DNA from: Candidatus Poribacteria bacterium
GTDB taxonomy: Bacteria > Poribacteria > WGA-4E > UBA9662
DNA: 64,000 bases
Direction of reading: 5' to 3'
Assembly (NCBI GenBank): GCA_002709695.1
Contig: PAQF01000017.1
Coordinates: forward strand, 3,051 to 67,050
A program made the position numbers and the translations under genes. Positions 59,333 to 64,000 of the stretch are shown piece by piece (position 1 is the stretch's first letter; every line of letters begins with the position of its first letter). A model generated the notes under the pieces. The model did not search any database, had not been told where the DNA came from, and worked only from the letters and a program-made list of their open reading frames with translations.

Positions 59333-60175
59333 ATGGAAATAGTCATGGAATCTGCTCAAACTCCTATTTCAACTGACCAATCACTACGCAACCGCATGCG
59401 TAAATTCTATGAGACCTCCGAAGCATACAAGAACCTACTAAACCAACATAATCACGTTTATCTGAAATCTTATGTTGATCTCGTCGATTGGTACACACCA
59501 TCGGACGAATATACGCTTGACCTAGGTTGTGGAAACGGAATTTCGTCCAAAATGCTACATGACCGAGGTAGAAACGTTGTTGGCGTAGATATTTCACCAC
59601 TCTTTCTCGCAGAAACAAAAAAATGGGAGAACGACACTCTAAAGTATTTTGTAGGCGACGCCTTAAGCCTTGATTTTGAATCGGAGCAATTTGGTGTTGT
59701 ATGCTCAAACGAGTTAATTGAACACACTCCTGATGTAGAAGCAACTCTTCTGGAAATGATCCGTGTTACCCGAAAAGGTGGTCGAATTGTCGTTGCTGGC
59801 CCCAACTTGTGTTCACCAATAATGCCACTTCTTGATTTTACACAGATGACTTTCGGAAGAGACGGCAGACCAATTTGGGCCGAGACAAAACAACAAGCTT
59901 TTAAAAACTTATTGAAAAACACAAAACTCTATTTCAAAAAGCGTTTTGGACAACAACCAAACTTTCTATATCGTGAGCCAGATCTTGAAAACCAAATTAT
60001 CGGAGGAGATGCAGATAGTACATACATCGCTAGTCCCATTGATCTAGAGAAATTTTTTCGGCAACAAGGACTACGTATCAAAAAACTCTGTGTCGGTTTC
60101 GGATTCAAAGGAAAAATAATGGCGACCTTTTTTCCAAGAACCAGCTTGTATATCAGTATGGTCATTGAAAAATGA
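59333..60175 (+). CDS. Class I SAM-dependent methyltransferase (Methyltransf_11-like)
   Basis: TLDLGCGNGISSKML (motif I), VGVDISP (motif II), VVCSNELIEHTPD (motif III). The ATG at 59333 is preferred over the TTG listed in the ORF track. Confidence 0.6.
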   Translation: MEIVMESAQTPISTDQSLRNRMRKFYETSEAYKNLLNQHNHVYLKSYVDLVDWYTPSDEYTLDLGCGNGISSKMLHDRGRNVVGVDISPLFLAETKKWENDTLKYFVGDALSLDFESEQFGVVCSNELIEHTPDVEATLLEMIRVTRKGGRIVVAGPNLCSPIMPLLDFTQMTFGRDGRPIWAETKQQAFKNLLKNTKLYFKKRFGQQPNFLYREPDLENQIIGGDADSTYIASPIDLEKFFRQQGLRIKKLCVGFGFKGKIMATFFPRTSLYISMVIEK

Positions 60176-60996
60176 ATATTCAACCTGCCGATTTTGTGTT
60201 GGAAATCGGTAGTGGACACAATCCAAAAGCAAGATCAGACGTTCTATGTGATAAGTTCATTGATGACGATCACCAACGCGGTGGAGGGATCGTCACAGAC
60301 CGAAGTATGATTGAAGCCGATGGACAACATCTGCCTTTTGCCGACAATTCATTTGACTATGTAATCTGTTCACATGTACTTGAACACGTAGAAGACCCTA
60401 AATTAATGATTTCCGAACTAGAGCGTGTTGCCTCGCGCGGCTATATAGAAGTACCATCAGAAATCTCAGAGCGCCTTTACGGATGGCCCTACCATCTATG
60501 GATTTTTAACCTTATCGATGGTAAACTGTTAATTCAACAGAAAGTTGATCCAGATCAATTTGGCCAACTATTCCATACACTGGTAGCCAAAGATAAAGGT
60601 TTTTTACGTTTCCATAAGAAATATCACCCAATATTTTTAGTACATTATGAATGGGAAAAAAACATTGATTATGAATTTCGTGAATCAAACACACCAACAT
60701 TGGACTTCAACTCGGCCGAAATTATTAACAACATATTAAAAGAGATCGAGGCCATGCCATGGCTAAAGAAATGGCAGCCCTTCATCAAGGACCTTATTCC
60801 GAAAACCGCAGTTTCCAATTTTAAAAAAATGATATCAAAACAGCGACATAAACCAACTAAGACGCTACGTGATATCATAGTTTGTCCGAGTTGCAAAGAA
60901 AAAGTTAAATGGGAAGATAAACTTATCCACTGCAATCATTGCGATGCTGATTATCCCATTCTTGGTGGTATCCCCAGATTAACTCCAAAAACTTAA
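60172..60996 (+). CDS. SAM-dependent methyltransferase with C-terminal zinc-ribbon (Trm112-like) tail; ATGA overlap with upstream gene
   Basis: FVLEIGSGHNPKA...DNSFDYVICSHVLEHVEDP (MTase motifs); C-terminal CPSCKEKVKWEDKLIHCNHCDADYPILGGIPRL zinc ribbon. Confidence 0.55.
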   Translation: MNIQPADFVLEIGSGHNPKARSDVLCDKFIDDDHQRGGGIVTDRSMIEADGQHLPFADNSFDYVICSHVLEHVEDPKLMISELERVASRGYIEVPSEISERLYGWPYHLWIFNLIDGKLLIQQKVDPDQFGQLFHTLVAKDKGFLRFHKKYHPIFLVHYEWEKNIDYEFRESNTPTLDFNSAEIINNILKEIEAMPWLKKWQPFIKDLIPKTAVSNFKKMISKQRHKPTKTLRDIIVCPSCKEKVKWEDKLIHCNHCDADYPILGGIPRLTPKT

Positions 60997-61191
60997 GATG
61001 GAATTAGACCAATGTCTAGCGAGGAAAAAGCCAGAAAAATCGACACAACTACAAAACCATTTAGAGACGAACTACACCAAGAAATGATCTCGAGCCAAAG
61101 TAGCGTGGAGGCACATCAATACATAGTTGGGAAGATGCTGTACACCAAGCACTTATGACAACCACACAACACTTCCCCTCAATCAACAAAA

Positions 61192-61428
61192 TTGAAATCG
61201 TTCGTCAAACAGCCAAAGTCGAAAACGGCGCAATCTAAAGAATACAAATCTATTGTTCAATTACATTATCAAATTAGACATGATCTGGCTTCACAAGCTA
61301 CAACAGAACAACCATCAACAACAAATGCTGACGAACTCTCTAACCACCATGACACGACAGAAACACATATACAGCAAGATATCGCTAAACATTATCACGA
61401 TGTTCAAAAACTTGACAGAAAAAGATAA
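61192..61428 (+). CDS. Hypothetical small hydrophilic protein
   Basis: 78-aa ORF, low complexity (Q/T/H rich); no support beyond being an open frame in an otherwise empty 490-bp gap. Confidence 0.15.
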   Translation: MKSFVKQPKSKTAQSKEYKSIVQLHYQIRHDLASQATTEQPSTTNADELSNHHDTTETHIQQDIAKHYHDVQKLDRKR

Positions 61429-61493
61429 ATTCTTTAAAACACACCAGATCGAATCAAAAAGATACACACTAAAAAAACTGAAGGGAAGGAATA

Positions 61494-62720
61494 ATGCCTC
61501 AGATCAAAGTTTATACAACTGACTTCTGTCCATATTGTGATGTTGCAAAACGGATTCTAGAAAATAAGGAAATTGAGTACGAAGAAATAAATATCCATGG
61601 CAATCCCGAGATGCGCGACCATATCGAGGAACTCACAGGAAGACGTGACGTGCCACAAATTTTCATCGATGATCAACATATAGGTGATGATGACAATTTG
61701 GCTGAATTAGCTAGATCAGGAGAGTTAGACAAATTGCTAGAAAAAGAGGAAGGTAACACATTAGGACATAATAACAACACAATCGAAGAACGGAACGTAA
61801 TCATAATAGGTGGAGGCACAGCTGGATACGCCGCAGGGGTTTACACTTCTCGAGCCATGTTAGAACCGCTTCTGTTAGTAGGTGACACACTTGGTGGCCA
61901 ACTTTCACTTACGCTTGATCTCGAAAACTACCCAGGATATTTTGGTGATCAAGCAGGTGAATTCGTAAATGGACTTAAGGAACAAGCAGAAAATTTTGGC
62001 ACGGAAACTCGATTTGAATACGTTACGGAAGTCGACTTTAACAACCATCCATTTTCTGTTAAGACCTATGACAACCAATATGTAGCAAAATCCATCGTGA
62101 TATGCACTGGAGCTTCACCACGTACTCTTGATATTCCTGGAGAGAAAGAATATGGTGGACGAGGTGTTTCTTATTGTGCTACTTGTGACGGTTTTTTCTT
62201 TCAGGACCAAAGATTGATAGTTGTTGGTGGTGGTGACGCTGCACTAGAAGAGGGGATTTTCCTAACCAAATATGCCTCGGAAGTTATCATCGTCCATCGT
62301 CGCGATCAGCTTCGAGCCAGCCAAATCATGCAAGAACGAGCTTTTAAAAATGATAAAATTAAATTCATCTGGGATACCGTTGTTGACGAAATCCAAGGTG
62401 AAGAACAAAAAGTAACTGCAGCACTATTAAGAAATATCAAGACCAATGACACAGAAATATTTCCAATTGATGGAGTATTCATTTTCGTCGGTCATATACC
62501 AAATACTGAATTATTCAAAGGAGTTATTAACCTAAACGACCAAGGATACATTATTGTTGATGAAAAGCAACAAACAAGCATTGAAGGAATCTTCGCCGCT
62601 GGCGATGTGCATGACCACGTATTTCGGCAAGCGATCACAGCAGCCGGCACAGGCGCAGCTGCAGGCATCATGGCAGAAAAATTCGTTGCTGAACTTGAAA
62701 ACAGAGCCTACCCAGGGTAG
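61494..62720 (+). CDS. trxB: Glutaredoxin-like domain fused to thioredoxin-disulfide reductase (TrxB)
   Basis: N-terminal 80 aa: IKVYTTDFCPYCDVAKRIL...VPQIFIDDQHIGDDDNLAEL (Grx/NrdH fold, CPYC active site). Remainder: VIIIGGGTAGYAAGVY (FAD), CATCDGFFF (redox-active CxxC), VVGGGDAALEEG (NADPH) - low-molecular-weight TrxB. Confidence 0.8.
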   Translation: MPQIKVYTTDFCPYCDVAKRILENKEIEYEEINIHGNPEMRDHIEELTGRRDVPQIFIDDQHIGDDDNLAELARSGELDKLLEKEEGNTLGHNNNTIEERNVIIIGGGTAGYAAGVYTSRAMLEPLLLVGDTLGGQLSLTLDLENYPGYFGDQAGEFVNGLKEQAENFGTETRFEYVTEVDFNNHPFSVKTYDNQYVAKSIVICTGASPRTLDIPGEKEYGGRGVSYCATCDGFFFQDQRLIVVGGGDAALEEGIFLTKYASEVIIVHRRDQLRASQIMQERAFKNDKIKFIWDTVVDEIQGEEQKVTAALLRNIKTNDTEIFPIDGVFIFVGHIPNTELFKGVINLNDQGYIIVDEKQQTSIEGIFAAGDVHDHVFRQAITAAGTGAAAGIMAEKFVAELENRAYPG

Positions 62721-62745
62721 GTATAAAACAATAGCGAGGTAAAAT

Positions 62746-62991
62746 ATGGGACTTGATTGGAAACCACGTCATCGTGATATCGTAATAGGTAATATTCCAT
62801 GGTTGGCACGCATCACTGATAAAGCGCGTGCAAAAATCGAAGGTACACTTGGAGACTATGTCTACCCCTGACCAGCTGATCAAAAGTTCCTGGAGGAACT
62901 TAAGGTAAAGGCTGGGCAATTTACTGAAATTGTACAAGAAAATCCATCAGACGAGGACATGATCGCAGCAATTAGATCCCTCAGGGATTAA
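62746..62991 (+). CDS. Small (81-aa) conserved-looking protein with in-frame UGA; candidate selenoprotein immediately downstream of Grx-TrxB
   Basis: GAGG RBS 6 nt before ATG 62746. Frame reads MGLDWKPRHRDIVIGNIPWLARITDKARAKIEGTLGDYVYP-[TGA 62869..62871]-PADQKFLEELKVKAGQFTEIVQENPSDEDMIAAIRSLRD-TAA. The nested hairpin begins in the first nucleotide after the TGA. The motif GDYVYP-U-PADQ resembles, from memory, the G-E-Y-x-Y-P-C-P-x-D motif of small DUF5069-type proteins. Not in the ORF track because of the internal TGA. Confidence 0.5.
62872..62915 (+). promoter_or_regulatory. Candidate SECIS-like nested hairpin immediately 3' of the in-frame UGA
   Basis: Outer stem CCAGC(62872-62876)/GCUGG(62911-62915); inner stem GUUCC(62886-62890)/GGAAC(62895-62899) with apical loop UGGA at +20..+23 relative to the UGA. 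Confidence 0.4.
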
Positions 62992-63035
62992 AAGACAGAA
63001 TTTTCCCTCTATACATAATCCGGAGATAAAAGGTA

Positions 63036-64000
63036 TTGGATTTAACAGATTGGCGGACCGAAATTGATGAGATCGATGAGCAAATACTGTCATTACTGTA
63101 CAAACGTTCAAAATTAGCAATCAAAGTGGGAAAATTAAAGGAGGAAACTGGAAAAACCAGTATTTATGCACCACATCGTGAAAAACAAATTATAGATCGA
63201 CTGAAATCGGTCAACGGCAACCAGTTTCCAGAAAAGCAACTGGAAAAGATCTTCACCGAGATTATATCCGCTTGCAGATCGCTGGAAAAAAGAATACAAG
63301 TTGCCTATCTTGGCCCCCTTGGTAGTCACGGGCACACAGTAAGTCTCGAACATTTTGGATCAGCAGTTGAATTCATTCCGATCGTGCCGCAAACGGATAT
63401 TTTCGCCGAGGTAGAATCGAACCGGGCGGACTATGGCATTGTAGCCATCGAAAATTCCACCTATGGCACTGTTCGAGATGTCCTAGAAATGTTTTTGCAT
63501 TCTCCACTCCAGATCTGCTCAGAAAGACTACTTCCAATCAGACACCATCTACTTGCATTATCAACCCCAAAAGATATTTCGAGGATCTACTCACACCCCC
63601 AATGTTTTGCACAGTGCAGGCGATGGTTACATCAGAACTTACCTAACATCGAACAAATCGAAGTAGCAAGCACATCCGTTGCCGCTGAGATTGCCAGCAA
63701 AGAACACACATCTGCTGCAATTGCCAGTAGCCTAGCTAGTGAAATTTATCAGGTTCCTATTGCCGCCGATTCTATAATGGACAACCCAAACAACATGACA
63801 AGATTCTTGGTTATTGGAAACCACTCTGCGCAAAAGTCTGGGAACGATCGCACATCGATTCTTTTCGGCATAAATGATGAGGTAGGCGCATTATGCCAAA
63901 TCCTAAGTATTTTGGAATCGAACCAAATCAATATGAGTAAAATAGATTCATTTCCATCACAAAATAAACCGTGGGAATATGTTTTTTTTGCTGACCTTGA
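63036..64000 (+). CDS. pheA: Bifunctional chorismate mutase / prephenate dehydratase (P-protein), partial: 3' end beyond window
   Basis: Manual translation from TTG 63036 (preceded by in-frame TAA and GGAG) gives LDLTDWRTEIDEIDEQILSLLYKRSKLAIKVGKLKEE... (CM_2 domain), ...RIQVAYLGPLGSHGHTV... (PDT domain), ...SILFGINDEVGALCQILSIL...MSKIDSFPSQNKPWEYVFFADL (ACT domain with ESRP-like motif). Absent from the ORF track because no stop falls in the window. Confidence 0.75.
   Translation, partial: MDLTDWRTEIDEIDEQILSLLYKRSKLAIKVGKLKEETGKTSIYAPHREKQIIDRLKSVNGNQFPEKQLEKIFTEIISACRSLEKRIQVAYLGPLGSHGHTVSLEHFGSAVEFIPIVPQTDIFAEVESNRADYGIVAIENSTYGTVRDVLEMFLHSPLQICSERLLPIRHHLLALSTPKDISRIYSHPQCFAQCRRWLHQNLPNIEQIEVASTSVAAEIASKEHTSAAIASSLASEIYQVPIAADSIMDNPNNMTRFLVIGNHSAQKSGNDRTSILFGINDEVGALCQILSILESNQINMSKIDSFPSQNKPWEYVFFADL

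Noticed and set aside
1-64000. Search for CRISPR arrays, tRNA/rRNA genes and transposase/integrase genes
   Set aside because: No tandem direct repeats with spacers, no tRNA cloverleaf signatures (no GTTCGAATC/TAGCTCAG-type boxes) and no transposase/integrase-like ORF were seen. The only mobile-element hint is the weak remnant noted at 44304..45111.

Overview
This 64 kb window is from a low-GC (about 40%) flagellated Gram-negative bacterium; coding density is high and genes lie on both strands. The + strand carries a strong C>G and A>T skew. Intergenic regions are long, G-poor and A/C-rich.

Main blocks:
- An 8.7 kb flagellar rod/ring/hook-associated cluster: flgF-flgG-flgA-flgH-flgI, a FlgJ-type rod-binding-domain protein, then flgM-flgN-flgK-flgL. 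A consensus sigma-54 promoter precedes flgF and a sigma-28-like promoter precedes flgM.
- Housekeeping genes: hisF, bioB, a partial pheA at the 3' end, and a glutaredoxin-thioredoxin reductase fusion.
- A large accessory repertoire typical of marine sulfated-glycan degraders: four Gfo/Idh/MocA oxidoreductases, two PhyH-family dioxygenases, an arylsulfatase, two FGE-sulfatase (formylglycine-generating enzyme family) proteins (one with a C-terminal dockerin), two TPR plus FG-GAP/ASPIC-UnbV (CRTAC1-like) modules, FGGY kinase, lactonase and BNR beta-propellers, a penicillin-amidase-family hydrolase, a CAP-domain protein, and a 939-aa FG-GAP repeat protein ending in a type IX secretion (T9SS) C-terminal sorting domain.

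Most notable findings:
- Two genes have an in-frame TGA followed immediately by a hairpin, in a genome where TGA otherwise clearly terminates genes. These are candidate selenoproteins.
 - One is an AhpD/carboxymuconolactone-decarboxylase-like protein in which TGA sits exactly at the second Cys of the C-x-x-C-x3-H peroxidase motif.
 - The other is an 81-aa protein directly downstream of the Grx-TrxB fusion.
- Two paralogous ~640-aa polytopic membrane proteins of unknown family.
- A tandem pair of paralogous secreted proteins of unknown family.
- A HAD-GDPD fusion in an operon with an inositol-dehydrogenase-like gene and an AGXT-like aminotransferase.

No rRNA, tRNA, CRISPR array or intact mobile element was recognised.
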